Notes: a model not told the origin generated them from the sequence alone. Shown: positions 39,820-50,844, counted from the first letter of the stretch. The stretch: DNA of 64,000 nucleotides from an uncultured Pelagibacteraceae bacterium (GCA_902574725.1 CACGPA010000001.1:2946-66945), one strand, 5' to 3'. Translations and numbers: made by a program.

Positions 39820-41010
39820 ATGAGTACAGAAAATAATTTAAAAACTTTGTATGAGGATTCTATTAAAATACTATCAGATTTAATAGCCTTTAAGACAATT
39901 TCAGGTGAAGATAATAATCAGTTAATTGACTATTGTGATAAAATATTAAAAAAATTTGGCGCAACATCTTTTAAAACTTTTGATGAAGATAAAAAAAGAG
40001 TAAATCTTTTTGCAACTCTAAAAGCAAAAAAATCAAACGGTAAAGTCCCAATTATACTTTCTGGTCATACAGATGTTGTGCCAGTATCCAAAGGATGGTC
40101 TACAGATCCATTTAAAGCAGTAATAAAAGAAGATAAACTTTACGGTAGAGGATCTTGTGATATGAAAGGATTTATTGCATGTACTCTAGCCTATGCACCA
40201 ATTTTTTCAAAATCAGAATTGGATAGAGATATTCATTTTTCGTTTACTTTTGATGAGGAAACTGCATGTAAAGGAGCTCCAATTTTAATTCAAGAATTAA
40301 AAAAAAGAGATTTAAAAAATGGAATATGTATTGTTGGTGAGCCAACAAACATGAAAATAATTGACTCTCATAAAGGTTGTTATGAATATACAACTTATTT
40401 TGAAGGTTTAGCTGGTCATAGTTCTCAGCCACATAAAGGTGTAAGTGCCGTTGAGTATGCTGCTAGATACGTAAATAAATTAATTGAATTAAGACAAAAA
40501 TTAAAAGATAGAGAACCAAAAGATTCTATCTTTGATCCTCCATATTCAACTCTACAAATAGGAGGAATTTTTGGAGGAATAGCTCACAATGTAATTGCAG
40601 ATAAATGTTATATAAATTGGGAAACAAGACCTGTAGTTAAAGAAGACGGAGTATTTTTAAATACAGAATTAGACAAATATGCAAATGAAGTATTACTTCC
40701 TGAAATGAAAAAAGTTTTTTCTAAATCTTCAATTAGAAAAGAAATAATTGGAGAGATTATCGGGTTTGAAAGAATAAAAAACTCAGAAGCTTGTGAGTTT
40801 ATATCAAATATAACTGGTGATAATTCTAGAGAAGTTGTTTCATTTGGAACAGAAGCTGGTTTGTTTCAAGAAATTGGCATAAGTACCGCAGTTTGTGGAC
40901 CGGGCTCAATTGAACAAGCTCACAAAATAGATGAATTTATTAAACTAGAAGAAATTAATAAGTGTTTAAAATTTCTTGAAGGTGTAAAGAATCAATCGAT
41001 ATCTAAATAA
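39820..41010 (+). CDS. argE: Acetylornithine deacetylase (M20 family)
   Basis: LSGHTDVVP, YGRGSCDMKGF, FDEE, GEPT, GTEAG, GPGSIEQAHK.DE. Confidence 0.88.
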   Translation: MSTENNLKTLYEDSIKILSDLIAFKTISGEDNNQLIDYCDKILKKFGATSFKTFDEDKKRVNLFATLKAKKSNGKVPIILSGHTDVVPVSKGWSTDPFKAVIKEDKLYGRGSCDMKGFIACTLAYAPIFSKSELDRDIHFSFTFDEETACKGAPILIQELKKRDLKNGICIVGEPTNMKIIDSHKGCYEYTTYFEGLAGHSSQPHKGVSAVEYAARYVNKLIELRQKLKDREPKDSIFDPPYSTLQIGGIFGGIAHNVIADKCYINWETRPVVKEDGVFLNTELDKYANEVLLPEMKKVFSKSSIRKEIIGEIIGFERIKNSEACEFISNITGDNSREVVSFGTEAGLFQEIGISTAVCGPGSIEQAHKIDEFIKLEEINKCLKFLEGVKNQSISK

Positions 41011-41042
41011 AAAAAACCCGCCGCAAAATGCGACGGGTTTTT
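41011..41042. terminator. Bidirectional terminator between convergent argE and NCS1 genes
   Basis: AAAAAACCCGCCGC-AAAAT-GCGACGGGTTTTT. The plus-strand C/A mismatch becomes a G-U pair on the minus strand, favouring termination of NCS1. Confidence 0.85.
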
Positions 41043-41055
41043 AACTTAATTAGTT

Positions 41056-42510
41056 TTATTTGTTTTTGTTTGATATTGCTAAGTGAACTATAGCACCTAA
41101 AGCTGCTCCAATAATCCAAGCATAGCCTCCGCCTCCACCCAAGTTAGCGAAGAAATCACCTAATCCGCCAGGCAAAATATTTGGCCAAACAGAACCAATT
41201 GCAATATAGCCAGAAATAGCCCAAGCCAACATTCCTTTTTGGTTAAAGCCATCATTGTAGTAATATTTTCCACCTTTTTTATCACTAAACAATGCATTTA
41301 CATCAAGCTTCTCTTTTTTAATTACATAGTAATCAACAATCATGATTCCAAATACAGGCGCAAGAATAGCTCCAAGTGTATTTACAAAAGGAAACATTCC
41401 CATTTTTGTAATCACTGAAACCCATAAACCACCTATAACAAAACCACATATAGCTGTAATTAATCCACCTGTTCTAAAATTAATTTTTTGAGGCATTAAA
41501 TTAGAAAGGTCATATGCTGGAGGAACAAAGTTCGCAACCATGTTAATTCCAACAGTAGCTGAAAAGAATGCAAATGCAGCTATAAGTGTAAAAAACATAT
41601 TGTCAACTTTTGCAACCATATCTGTTGGTTGTGCAATATATTCACCAAACACTGCAATAGTTCCACCTGTGATCATTAAAGTTATGAATGAGAAGAAAAT
41701 TACGTTACCTACTAAACCCCATAGGTTTCCTTTTTTCATTTCATTTTCATTTTTTACAAATCTAGCAAAGTCACCAAAGTTAATTACAACTGCAGCAAAG
41801 TATCCAACCATAATTGAAAATACCGCCACAAAAGCAGCAAAAGATCCTAAGCCTTCAAAGCCTCCTGAACGTGCTCCACCTGAAAAAATATTTCCTACTT
41901 CTGATAAAAGACTTCCACCAGCTTTTTGCCAAATAGCTAGCATTAAAAATATCATAACTATATAAACTGCTGGTCCTGCAAAGTTTAAAAATTTTTTAAT
42001 TAAATCCATTCCTTGCCAGAATAAATAAATTTGGAAAGCCGAAACAAATATAAATGAGATCCACATTACTCCACTCATTCCTAAAAATTCACTACCTCCA
42101 CTTATTCCAGTTACTCCTGTAATTAAAAGTGCTACAGCTGTTGATGCTGCATAAGTTTGCGCTCCGTACCAGAACATTGCAACAAGTCCTCTGGCCATAG
42201 CTGGAAAGTTTGCTCCAAATACACCCATACTAACTCTAGCAAATACCGGATAAGGAATTCCATGCTTAACACTTGGTTTTCCAGAAAGATTTACTAACCA
42301 CATTATAAAAAATCCTGCAAGAATTAGTGCAAGAAATACGGCCCAACCATTTAATCCTGAAGCTAAAAAAAGTGATGCTGCCAAAGTGTATCCAAATAAA
42401 CTTTGTACATCATTTGCCCATACGTTAAAGATTTCGAACCAACCCCAATTTTTTTTACCCTTTGGAGTGGGTGCTAAATCCACATTATACAATTTTTTTG
42501 ATTTACTCAC
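41056..42510 (-). CDS. NCS1 family nucleobase:cation symporter (allantoin/uracil/hydantoin permease-like)
   Basis: W.NDVQS, GIPYPV..R.SMGVFG, FWYGAQT, NFGDFAR, N.VANF motifs; about 12 TM segments. Confidence 0.9.
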   Translation of the reverse strand: MSKSKKLYNVDLAPTPKGKKNWGWFEIFNVWANDVQSLFGYTLAASLFLASGLNGWAVFLALILAGFFIMWLVNLSGKPSVKHGIPYPVFARVSMGVFGANFPAMARGLVAMFWYGAQTYAASTAVALLITGVTGISGGSEFLGMSGVMWISFIFVSAFQIYLFWQGMDLIKKFLNFAGPAVYIVMIFLMLAIWQKAGGSLLSEVGNIFSGGARSGGFEGLGSFAAFVAVFSIMVGYFAAVVINFGDFARFVKNENEMKKGNLWGLVGNVIFFSFITLMITGGTIAVFGEYIAQPTDMVAKVDNMFFTLIAAFAFFSATVGINMVANFVPPAYDLSNLMPQKINFRTGGLITAICGFVIGGLWVSVITKMGMFPFVNTLGAILAPVFGIMIVDYYVIKKEKLDVNALFSDKKGGKYYYNDGFNQKGMLAWAISGYIAIGSVWPNILPGGLGDFFANLGGGGGYAWIIGAALGAIVHLAISNKNK

Positions 42511-42637
42511 ATTTCCCTCCTTTTTTTTATTAATACTTAAAGGTATTTTTTATATCAAGTATTTCAACTAAAATTTAATTAATATATCAATATCTAGCTA
42601 TTATTGATTTTTTAAGCCCATATTGGCCATATAAAAT

Positions 42638-44071
42638 TTAATTCCATCCACCAACAGTTTTGACTTCTAAAAATTCTATAAGACCTTCGGTTCCAGCCTC
42701 TCGTCCGATACCAGAATGTTTATACCCGCCGAAAGGAGAGCTTACAGCTATACCAACTCCATTTACATCTACCATTCCAGATCTAAGTTTTCTAGCTACT
42801 CTTTTAATTTTTTCCTTGTCTTGTGTTTGAATGTAATTTGTTAAACCATAATCAGTATCGTTAGCAATAGATATGGCTTCATCTTCATTTTCAAAAGGTA
42901 TTATAGATAACACTGGACCAAAAATTTCAGTTCTTGCTATTTCCATTTGATTATTTACATCAGCAAAAACTGTTGGCTTTACGTAATAACCTTTTTCTAA
43001 ACCCTTGGGTTTACCTGTTCCGCCTGCAACTAATTTTGCTCCTTCATCTATTCCTTTTTGTATCAAAGCTTGAATTTTATTAAATTGAACTTCAGAAACT
43101 ACTGGTCCAATATGATCACCATCTTTTTGTGGGGAATCTACCTTGGTGTTATTTGCTAGTTCTTTTACTTTTTGAACAGTTTCATTATAAATTGATTTTT
43201 CAACAAGCATCCTTGTAGGAGCATTGCATGATTGCCCTGAATTCCTAAAACATCTTAAAACACCTCTTGCCACAGCTTCTGAATCTGCGTCCTTAAAAAT
43301 TATATTTGCACCTTTCCCTCCTAATTCTAAGCTTATCCTTTTAAAATCTTTTGCGGCATTTTGAGAAATTAATGCACCTGCCCTTGTTGATCCTGTAAAT
43401 GAAATCATATTAATATCAGGATGGCTTGTTAAAGCATCTCCGGTAATAGCTCCGTCTCCATTTATTAAATTAAAAACCCCTGGAGGAAACTTCACTTCAT
43501 CAATCATTTCAGCTAACAACATTGATGATAAGGGTGCTACCTCAGATGGTTTTAATACTACCGTGCAAGCCGATGCCAATGCAGGAATCACTTTTAAGTT
43601 AACTTGATTTATTGGCCAATTCCAAGGTGTAATCAATGCGCAAACACCTTTCGGTTCATATAATAGTTTTTGATTATTTTTTTCCTCTCCTAAATCTTTT
43701 TCAAATTTAAAATCTTTTAATATATTTTTAAATGATTTGATGTGGCTAGCTCCAGTTGCAGCTTGCATTTCTGTAGAAAATTTCATCGGTGCACCCATTT
43801 CTAAAGAAATGAGCTTTGCCATTTCTGCCCACCTTTTTTTATAAACAACATATAATTTTTCTAATAAATCTAATCTTTCTTCTTTTTTTGAAAAAGCCCA
43901 AGTTTCAAAAGCTTTTTTTGCAGCGCTGACTGCTTTATCTACATCTTTTTTTCCTCCAAGACATATTTCAGCACAAGGTTCTTCATTTGATGGATCGATT
44001 ACTTTATGACTTCTTGGCTCTGTTGCAGGAGTCCATTCACCATTAATATAAAAATTTTTTTTATCTATCAT
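42638..44071 (-). CDS. NAD(P)-dependent aldehyde dehydrogenase
   Basis: ITPWNWP, KPSE, FTGST, LELGGK, NSGQSC, EIFGPV, FGGYKHSGIGRE. Confidence 0.93.
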   Translation of the reverse strand: MIDKKNFYINGEWTPATEPRSHKVIDPSNEEPCAEICLGGKKDVDKAVSAAKKAFETWAFSKKEERLDLLEKLYVVYKKRWAEMAKLISLEMGAPMKFSTEMQAATGASHIKSFKNILKDFKFEKDLGEEKNNQKLLYEPKGVCALITPWNWPINQVNLKVIPALASACTVVLKPSEVAPLSSMLLAEMIDEVKFPPGVFNLINGDGAITGDALTSHPDINMISFTGSTRAGALISQNAAKDFKRISLELGGKGANIIFKDADSEAVARGVLRCFRNSGQSCNAPTRMLVEKSIYNETVQKVKELANNTKVDSPQKDGDHIGPVVSEVQFNKIQALIQKGIDEGAKLVAGGTGKPKGLEKGYYVKPTVFADVNNQMEIARTEIFGPVLSIIPFENEDEAISIANDTDYGLTNYIQTQDKEKIKRVARKLRSGMVDVNGVGIAVSSPFGGYKHSGIGREAGTEGLIEFLEVKTVGGWN

Positions 44072-44086
44072 CGCGACGAAAATATA

Positions 44087-45052
44087 TTATCTTTTTACTT
44101 TTGCAAATAAATTAGTTAATTCATAAATAATTGTTGCTGCAGCCAAAGAAGTAACTTCAGCATGGTCATAAGCTGGTGAAACTTCTACAACATCAGCAGA
44201 AATTAAATTCATTCCTGATAATCCTCTTATAACATTAACCATCTCTCTAGTTGTCATACCTGCAATCTCTGGAGTTCCCGTTCCAGGTGCATAAGCTGGA
44301 TCTAAAACATCAATATCAATAGATAAATATAAAGGATTTTTACCAACTCTTTTTTTTATTCTATTAACTATTTTATCAATACCTTCTGTTTGAAATTCAT
44401 CACAATGAATTATTTTAAACCCAAAACTTTCATCATTCTTAATATCGTCTCTACTATATAAAGGACCCCTAATACCAACATGCATTGAGGCGTTATCTAA
44501 AAATAAATTTTCTTCTCTTGCTCTTCTGAACGGGGTTCCGTGAGTATATGGAGCTCCAAAGTATGTATCCCATGTGTCTAAATGAGCATCAAAATGCACA
44601 AGGGCAACTGGTCCATTATTTATTTTATTAACTGCTCTTAAAAGTGGGAATGCAATTGTATGATCACCTCCCATGCTTATTATCCCTTTGGTTTGATTTA
44701 ATAAATCTAGTGCACCAATTTCAATTTGCTTTATTGCTTCTTTAATATTAAACGGATTACAAGTTATATCTCCTGCATCAGCAACCTGTTGAACTTTAAA
44801 TGGCTCAACATCATAACTTGGATGGTAGTTTGTTCTTAAATGTCTAGAAGCTTGTCTAATACTTTGTGGTCCAAATCTTGCACCAGGTCTATAACTAGTT
44901 CCAGCATCAAAAGGAATACCAACTATTGCAACATCACAATTTTCAACATCTCTTAATTCAGGAAGTCTTGCAAATGTACTAGGGCCTGCAAATCTTGGAA
45001 CTTTAGTTCCACTTACTGGTTGAATTGGGTTTTTGTTTCTCTTTTTTTTCAT
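44087..45052 (-). CDS. speB: Agmatinase (ureohydrolase family)
   Basis: GGDHT, DAHLD, HGTPF, SIDIDVLDP.YAPGTGTP, VEVSP.YD. Confidence 0.88.
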   Translation of the reverse strand: MKKKRNKNPIQPVSGTKVPRFAGPSTFARLPELRDVENCDVAIVGIPFDAGTSYRPGARFGPQSIRQASRHLRTNYHPSYDVEPFKVQQVADAGDITCNPFNIKEAIKQIEIGALDLLNQTKGIISMGGDHTIAFPLLRAVNKINNGPVALVHFDAHLDTWDTYFGAPYTHGTPFRRAREENLFLDNASMHVGIRGPLYSRDDIKNDESFGFKIIHCDEFQTEGIDKIVNRIKKRVGKNPLYLSIDIDVLDPAYAPGTGTPEIAGMTTREMVNVIRGLSGMNLISADVVEVSPAYDHAEVTSLAAATIIYELTNLFAKVKR

Positions 45053-45064
45053 CTATATTGCCTT

Positions 45065-45805
45065 ATGAAATTTTTAAAAATAATTTTACTATTGTTTATA
45101 TTAATTTCACCTAGCAATGCTAACACAATATACAATTTAATCAAAATACCAAACTTAGAAATATATAATGATAAATCTAGAAATGGTATCAAATATCTAA
45201 GAGCCAACAAACCTTTCCAAGTAGGTGTAAGAAATGACAATGTGACTTGTTTTAATTCGAATATTCAAACTATTGATGAAAAATTTAAATTAATTAAAAA
45301 AAATTTTAATAAATATAATTCTGACTTTTTAAAAAAAATTAATCTTAAATATATAGTTCTTTGTGAAAGCCTTTCAGTTTCAGAAATTGATGCTGGAGGA
45401 ATTCCAAATCATCAAATGAAAACTTTAATTATTAATATAAAATTTGAAAAAGATCATTTTGAGAGAATTCTACATCATGAAGTTTTTCATTTGATTAATG
45501 ATAGTTTCAAAAATTTTTTTGTGTATGATGATTGGAAAAACTTTAATCATAAAAAATTTAATTATGCTGAATGCTCAACATGTTCTTCAGATAGATTAAA
45601 TCTATCACTTTTAGAAGAAACTAAAGGATTTTTGACAAAGTATTCAATGTCAACTCCATCTGAAGATATGGCTGAAATATTTTCTTTTTTAATCACTGAT
45701 AAAAAAAATATAGAAAATAAAGCCTTAAAAGATCCCGTACTGAAAAAAAAAATATCCTATATAAAAAAAGCTTTGTTAAAAATTGATCAAGAATTTAAAT
45801 ATTAA
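45065..45805 (+). CDS. Exported putative zinc metallopeptidase
   Basis: Signal peptide from ATG 45065; HHEVFH (HExxH) and YSM....EDMAE downstream ligand motif. Confidence 0.65.
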   Translation: MKFLKIILLLFILISPSNANTIYNLIKIPNLEIYNDKSRNGIKYLRANKPFQVGVRNDNVTCFNSNIQTIDEKFKLIKKNFNKYNSDFLKKINLKYIVLCESLSVSEIDAGGIPNHQMKTLIINIKFEKDHFERILHHEVFHLINDSFKNFFVYDDWKNFNHKKFNYAECSTCSSDRLNLSLLEETKGFLTKYSMSTPSEDMAEIFSFLITDKKNIENKALKDPVLKKKISYIKKALLKIDQEFKY

Positions 45806-45807
45806 AA

Positions 45808-46452
45808 ATGATAAAAAAAATAAAACAAACTAGATTAGAAAAAATTTTACTTATATTTATAATAATTTTATCAATTATAACTTTCGGATCTTTGATAACT
45901 ATGAAAAATAAATGTTTATTTGTAAAAAAATATAATCCTGAAAAATTACAATTTAAAAATTCTGAAAATATTGCAATATTAAATGCACCTTGTGGAAATG
46001 TTATTATTGAACTTTATCCAAATATTTCTCCAAATTCAGTTAAAAGATTTAAAATGTTAATTAATTCAGGTAAATATAATAATGTTGCTTTTCATAGAGT
46101 GATAAAAAATGTTCTAGTGCAAGCTGGAGATTTAGAGTTTGGTAAAAAAAACAATTTAAATTATACATTTATAGGAACAGGAAGTTCCGGTTATGGAACT
46201 ATAAATTCAGAATTAGATAATAGTTTTGATTTTAAAAAAGGAAGCGTTGCTCTATCTAGAACAGAAACAAAAAATACTGAAGATAGTCAATTTTTTATAT
46301 TACTTGAAGATGCTCCCTTGTTTGAAGGAGAATATTCACCTGTTGGAAAAGTAATTTATGGTTTAGAAATTCTCAAAAAAATTAAATACAATGATAAAGT
46401 TGAATATGTGTTAAGACCAGATTTTATAAATACCTTTAAAATGTTAAAATAA
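45808..46452 (+). CDS. Cyclophilin-type peptidyl-prolyl isomerase with N-terminal TM
   Basis: IELYP..SPNSV.RF, FHRVI....VQAGD, DSQFFI, Y..VGKVI.G. Confidence 0.85.
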   Translation: MIKKIKQTRLEKILLIFIIILSIITFGSLITMKNKCLFVKKYNPEKLQFKNSENIAILNAPCGNVIIELYPNISPNSVKRFKMLINSGKYNNVAFHRVIKNVLVQAGDLEFGKKNNLNYTFIGTGSSGYGTINSELDNSFDFKKGSVALSRTETKNTEDSQFFILLEDAPLFEGEYSPVGKVIYGLEILKKIKYNDKVEYVLRPDFINTFKMLK

Positions 46453-46453
46453 T

Positions 46454-48676
46454 TTAATTAACCAGAGGCTTTCCTGTCGCGAGGGTATGTTTGATTCTTT
46501 CTTGTGTTTTTTTAGTTTGAATAAGCTTCATAAATGCATCAAGTTCCAATTTATACAAATCATCCTCTGATAAAGTTTTTTCAATTGTTGTATCTCCACC
46601 ACTTAAAACATTAGCTAATTCTTTGCCTACTTCCATGCCATGGTCTAATATTACTTTATCGTTATAAAGTTTTTCTAAAACTTTTATCATTTTTTCTTTT
46701 AATGGTTTACCGGATAAATTAAATTTACATACTTCTGGTGGTTTAAAATTTTTATTTTGTTCTAATATTTTTTTAGAAACTGAAAATAAACTATTTCTAT
46801 TCATTATTTTTTGATCTTCGGGTCTTAAATATTTTAAAGGTTCTGCCTCTATAGGAGAGGTTGCTGTTTTAGCATATCCAATAATGTCAAATACTTTTAA
46901 CGGAGCAAAATCAGGATCATTTTTTGCTTCATCTGATTGCGACCATCTCCATAAAACTTCCTTGCATCCTCCGCCTGCTGGAACTAAGCCAACTAATGTT
47001 TCTACCAAACCCATCACAATGTTTGTGTGAGATACAACAAAATTACTTTGTAAAACAACTTCTTCTCCTCCACCTAAAGCCAAACCAGATGGGGCTGAAA
47101 CAACTGGATTCTCAGAATATTTTAAATGTTTACATGTTTCTTGAAAATATTTTATAAATTTTTCAATAGATTTAAAATCACCTTTGTCAGCAAAATTCAT
47201 TGTATAAGTTAAATTTACACCGGCTGAAAACTGCATACTTTCGTTTATAATTATTAATGGTTTATCTGTTGCTTTCTTTAAACAATCCATTGAATCATAA
47301 TCTAAAACATTTGCTTTAGTTGTAAATTCAACAATATTAAAATCTTTAAATCTATAAATCTCAGCCGATTTATTTTTATCAGTTTTGATAGCTTTAGTTT
47401 TTACTTTTCCTAATGTTTCTATTTCAGTATACAATTGCCTCTCTCCATAGAAATTTTCATTTTTAGATTTAGCCAAATCTTCTAAAAACTTATTATTTTC
47501 AAAATTATCTATTTTTTCAAAAAAGTTCTTCACTCCTATTTCATTTAACATTTCGAATGGTCCTTTTGCCCAGTTAAAACCTAACCTCATGGCTTCATCA
47601 ATATCGTTAAATTTATCTGTTATTCCTGGAACTAATGAAGATGCATATTTAATTATTTGTGAAATTACTGACCAAGCATATTCGCCATACTTATCTTTCC
47701 TATTAATTAAGTTATTTAAATCAACTTTTTCTGATTTTATTTCTATTTTTTTAGATATTGAATATTCTCCAGTTTCTAAATTAATAGCTTCTAAAACTTT
47801 TGCATTATCAGTTTTTTTTATTCTGTAAAAACCGCCCTTACCTTTTCTTCCTGTGTAACCTGTTTCTATTAATTTTTTTACAAGTGGTATTTCTTTAGCA
47901 ACTATTTGAAATTCATCTGTTTTTGGTAATTCCTTTATAAAACTTTTTAGAACATCACCCATTAAATCAATTCCTATTAAATCATATAATCCAAATACTC
48001 CTGTTTTAGGTATTCCCATTGGTCTACCAAATATTGCATCTGCTTCTTCAATAGATAATTTAAATTTAAATGCTTCTGTCATCGCTACTTGCATTGCATA
48101 AACTCCTATTCTATTTCCAAGAAAACCTGGTGTATCATTGCAAACTATTGCACCTTTTCCTAATTCTTCTTCACAAAATTTTTTTAAGGAACTAATTTTA
48201 TTTAAATCATTATTTTCGTTTTTTACGATTTCGAGTAAACCCATGTATCTAACTGGGTTAAAAAAATGTGTAATACAAAAATCTTTTTTCTCTTCATTGG
48301 ATAATTTCTCTGATAAAATTTTAATTGGAATTGATGATGTATTTGATGAAACTATTGCGCCTGATTTTCTAGCTTTAAATATTTTTTCATAAATATTATG
48401 TTTAATATCAATTCTTTCAACCACTGCCTCCACAACCCAGTCTGCATCTTTAACTGTATTAAAATGATCATTAATATTACCTACTTTAATATTATTTATT
48501 TTTGATTTGTCGATTAATAATGGAGGTCTAGATTTAAGAATTCTTTCTCTTGCTTTTTCACTTATTTCTGTTTTTAAATCTAATAAAGTAACTGGAATAT
48601 TTGCATTACAAAGTTGAGCCGCAATACCACTGCCCATTGTTCCTGACCCTATTATCACTACTTTTTTAATTTCCAT
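46454..48676 (-). CDS. 3-hydroxyacyl-CoA dehydrogenase / enoyl-CoA hydratase (FadN-type fusion)
   Basis: GSGTMGSGIA, EAVVE, SSNTSSIP, HFFNPVRY, DTPGFLGNRIG, then a crotonase domain FSAGVNL / LGGGEE / GLVE..VGLVPAGGG. Confidence 0.92.
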   Translation of the reverse strand: MEIKKVVIIGSGTMGSGIAAQLCNANIPVTLLDLKTEISEKARERILKSRPPLLIDKSKINNIKVGNINDHFNTVKDADWVVEAVVERIDIKHNIYEKIFKARKSGAIVSSNTSSIPIKILSEKLSNEEKKDFCITHFFNPVRYMGLLEIVKNENNDLNKISSLKKFCEEELGKGAIVCNDTPGFLGNRIGVYAMQVAMTEAFKFKLSIEEADAIFGRPMGIPKTGVFGLYDLIGIDLMGDVLKSFIKELPKTDEFQIVAKEIPLVKKLIETGYTGRKGKGGFYRIKKTDNAKVLEAINLETGEYSISKKIEIKSEKVDLNNLINRKDKYGEYAWSVISQIIKYASSLVPGITDKFNDIDEAMRLGFNWAKGPFEMLNEIGVKNFFEKIDNFENNKFLEDLAKSKNENFYGERQLYTEIETLGKVKTKAIKTDKNKSAEIYRFKDFNIVEFTTKANVLDYDSMDCLKKATDKPLIIINESMQFSAGVNLTYTMNFADKGDFKSIEKFIKYFQETCKHLKYSENPVVSAPSGLALGGGEEVVLQSNFVVSHTNIVMGLVETLVGLVPAGGGCKEVLWRWSQSDEAKNDPDFAPLKVFDIIGYAKTATSPIEAEPLKYLRPEDQKIMNRNSLFSVSKKILEQNKNFKPPEVCKFNLSGKPLKEKMIKVLEKLYNDKVILDHGMEVGKELANVLSGGDTTIEKTLSEDDLYKLELDAFMKLIQTKKTQERIKHTLATGKPLVN

Positions 48677-48699
48677 AAAACTTAAGGCTTAATAAAAAA

Positions 48700-49554
48700 T
48701 TATCTGTTAATACCTCTTATTCTCTCAGATCTTCTTCTAAGAAGTTCTGCGGTAACAAGTATTAATGTTGAAAGAACAATTAAGCAAGTAGCAACAGCAA
48801 GAATAGTTGGACTTAGTTGTTCTCTTAAGCCAGTCCACATTTGAATTGGTATTGTTGTATTGTCTAGCCCAGCCAAGAAAAGTACAACTACGACTTCATC
48901 AAAAGAAGTAACAAATGCAAATAAACCACCAGATATTACTCCTGGTAAAATTAACGGTAAAGTTATTTTCATAAATGTGTTAACAGGATCACTTCCAAGA
49001 CTAGCAGCGGCTCTAGTAACACTATGATCAAAGCCTGACAAAGTGGCTGTAACAGTAATCACTACAAATGGAGTTCCTAAAACAATATGGGCCAAAACAA
49101 TTCCTGTGTGTGTTGCCGCTAAGCCAACTTTGGCCATAAAAAAGAAAATTGCAACACCTGAGATAATAAGTGGAACAATCATTGGTGAAATTAAAGTTGC
49201 CATTATAATTCCTTTGTAAGGCATATGTCTGCTACTTAATCCTAGCGCAGCAACTGTTCCAAGAAGAACAGACCCTAATGTTGCAAAAATTGCAATAATA
49301 AAACTATTTTTTGCAGCTAGTCCCCATGGGTTTTTTGTTCCATAAACCATGTCATGGTACCATCTTGTAGAAAATGCATCCGGATCAAGTCTCTTCATGC
49401 CTTCTGAAAAAACTAAAAATTCTTCTGCGTTAAATGATAATGGAAAAATTACAAACAATGGTGCTATTAAGAAAAAAAATACACAACTACAAATAAATAT
49501 ATAGAAGTAGTGCCAAATTCTATAATGTGGTTCTGTATATTTTGGTAAAGCCAT
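48700..49554 (-). CDS. potC: Polyamine/osmolyte ABC transporter permease (PotC-like)
   Basis: SPMIVP, AHIVLGTPFV, RAAASLG, FVTSFDE. Confidence 0.85.
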   Translation of the reverse strand: MALPKYTEPHYRIWHYFYIFICSCVFFFLIAPLFVIFPLSFNAEEFLVFSEGMKRLDPDAFSTRWYHDMVYGTKNPWGLAAKNSFIIAIFATLGSVLLGTVAALGLSSRHMPYKGIIMATLISPMIVPLIISGVAIFFFMAKVGLAATHTGIVLAHIVLGTPFVVITVTATLSGFDHSVTRAAASLGSDPVNTFMKITLPLILPGVISGGLFAFVTSFDEVVVVLFLAGLDNTTIPIQMWTGLREQLSPTILAVATCLIVLSTLILVTAELLRRRSERIRGINR

Positions 49555-49556
49555 AT

Positions 49557-50810
49557 TTATCCCAGTTTGATGTTATCAACTCCTACAAGTTTATTATAAA
49601 TCCAATAAATAGCTAAAACTCCGGTCAATAACATTAATCCCATTGCCGATGCAAAACTCCAATCTAAAGTACTTTTCATATGAAACGCTATATGATTACT
49701 AATTAGCGTTCCAGATGCACCTCCAACTAGTGCTGGAGTAATATAATATCCAATAGCAAGTATAAAAACTAACAAACAGCCCGCGCCAATTCCTGGTATT
49801 GTTAAAGGAAAGTAAATTTTCCAAAAGGCAATAAATGGTGTGCCTCCTAATGATTTTCCTGCTCTCATTAAGCTAGGAGATATAGTTTTCATAACACTAT
49901 AAAGTGGTAATACCATAAATGGCAAAAGAATTTGAGTCATTGCAACATATGTACCAACCTTATTATACATCATTTCAGGTCTGTTATCGTCTGTCACGAG
50001 TCCTATCCAAACAAAAAAATCGTTTACAATTCCTTGTTGTTGTAACAAAATCATCCAACTTGCAGTTCTAACAAGTAAAGATGTCCAAAAAGGCAAGAGA
50101 ACACAAATCATTAATAAATTACTATATTTCATTGGAAGTGTTGCTAACAAATGTGCAATTGGATAAGCCATTAAAAAACAAAAAACTGTAACAAAAAAAG
50201 CTACCTCAACAGTTCTTACCCATAGAATTTTATGAATTCTTCTATCTTCAGGCACTTGAACAATTTTCCCGTCCTCATTTTCATACATATCTACACCCTT
50301 AAGATATTTTGAATAACTATAAGCAGGTGCTCTTCTTTTAAGTGCTCTCCAATATTCTACATCTGCCCATCGTTTATGGACTGACATTATTTGTTCTTTA
50401 TAATTTCCTTCCTCAAATTTTTTCATTTTTCTTTTTAGTTTTTTCAAAATACTTTTAAAACCATTTTTTTCATAATTTAATTGAGTTGCTAGTTTTCCAA
50501 AAGTTTTCTCTTCGACTAATTTTTTATAATCTAAATAAAAACCTTCGAAAACTTCTTCTGGTGGTAATTCTTTTCCATCCCATTGTTCCATTGCTTTATA
50601 AGTTTTAGGAAGCATATTCGTAACCATTCGATCATCCACACTTCTAAAAAGCATATCACCTATTGGAAAAACGTATGTGATTATTAAAAATAGCAATAAA
50701 GGACAGACGAGTAAAAAAGCTTTTATTTTATTTTTTTTCTCTGCTTTTTTTAGACTTTCCTCTAAAGGAATTCCATCTGTTGTTAAAATTGTTTGTGTTT
50801 CACTGCTCAT
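49557..50810 (-). CDS. potB: Polyamine/osmolyte ABC transporter permease (PotB-like)
   Basis: LPFWTSLLVRT..W, LPFMVLPLYS, RAGKSLGG, GYYITPALVGG. Confidence 0.85.
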   Translation of the reverse strand: MSSETQTILTTDGIPLEESLKKAEKKNKIKAFLLVCPLLLFLIITYVFPIGDMLFRSVDDRMVTNMLPKTYKAMEQWDGKELPPEEVFEGFYLDYKKLVEEKTFGKLATQLNYEKNGFKSILKKLKRKMKKFEEGNYKEQIMSVHKRWADVEYWRALKRRAPAYSYSKYLKGVDMYENEDGKIVQVPEDRRIHKILWVRTVEVAFFVTVFCFLMAYPIAHLLATLPMKYSNLLMICVLLPFWTSLLVRTASWMILLQQQGIVNDFFVWIGLVTDDNRPEMMYNKVGTYVAMTQILLPFMVLPLYSVMKTISPSLMRAGKSLGGTPFIAFWKIYFPLTIPGIGAGCLLVFILAIGYYITPALVGGASGTLISNHIAFHMKSTLDWSFASAMGLMLLTGVLAIYWIYNKLVGVDNIKLG

Positions 50811-50814
50811 AAAT

Positions 50815-50844
50815 AAAAAAGGGCGGTTATAAAATAACCGCCCT
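50815..50844 (-). terminator. Intra-operon hairpin/terminator after the potD-like gene
   Basis: Minus strand AGGGCGGTTAT-TTT-ATAACCGCCCTTTTTT. Confidence 0.85.
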
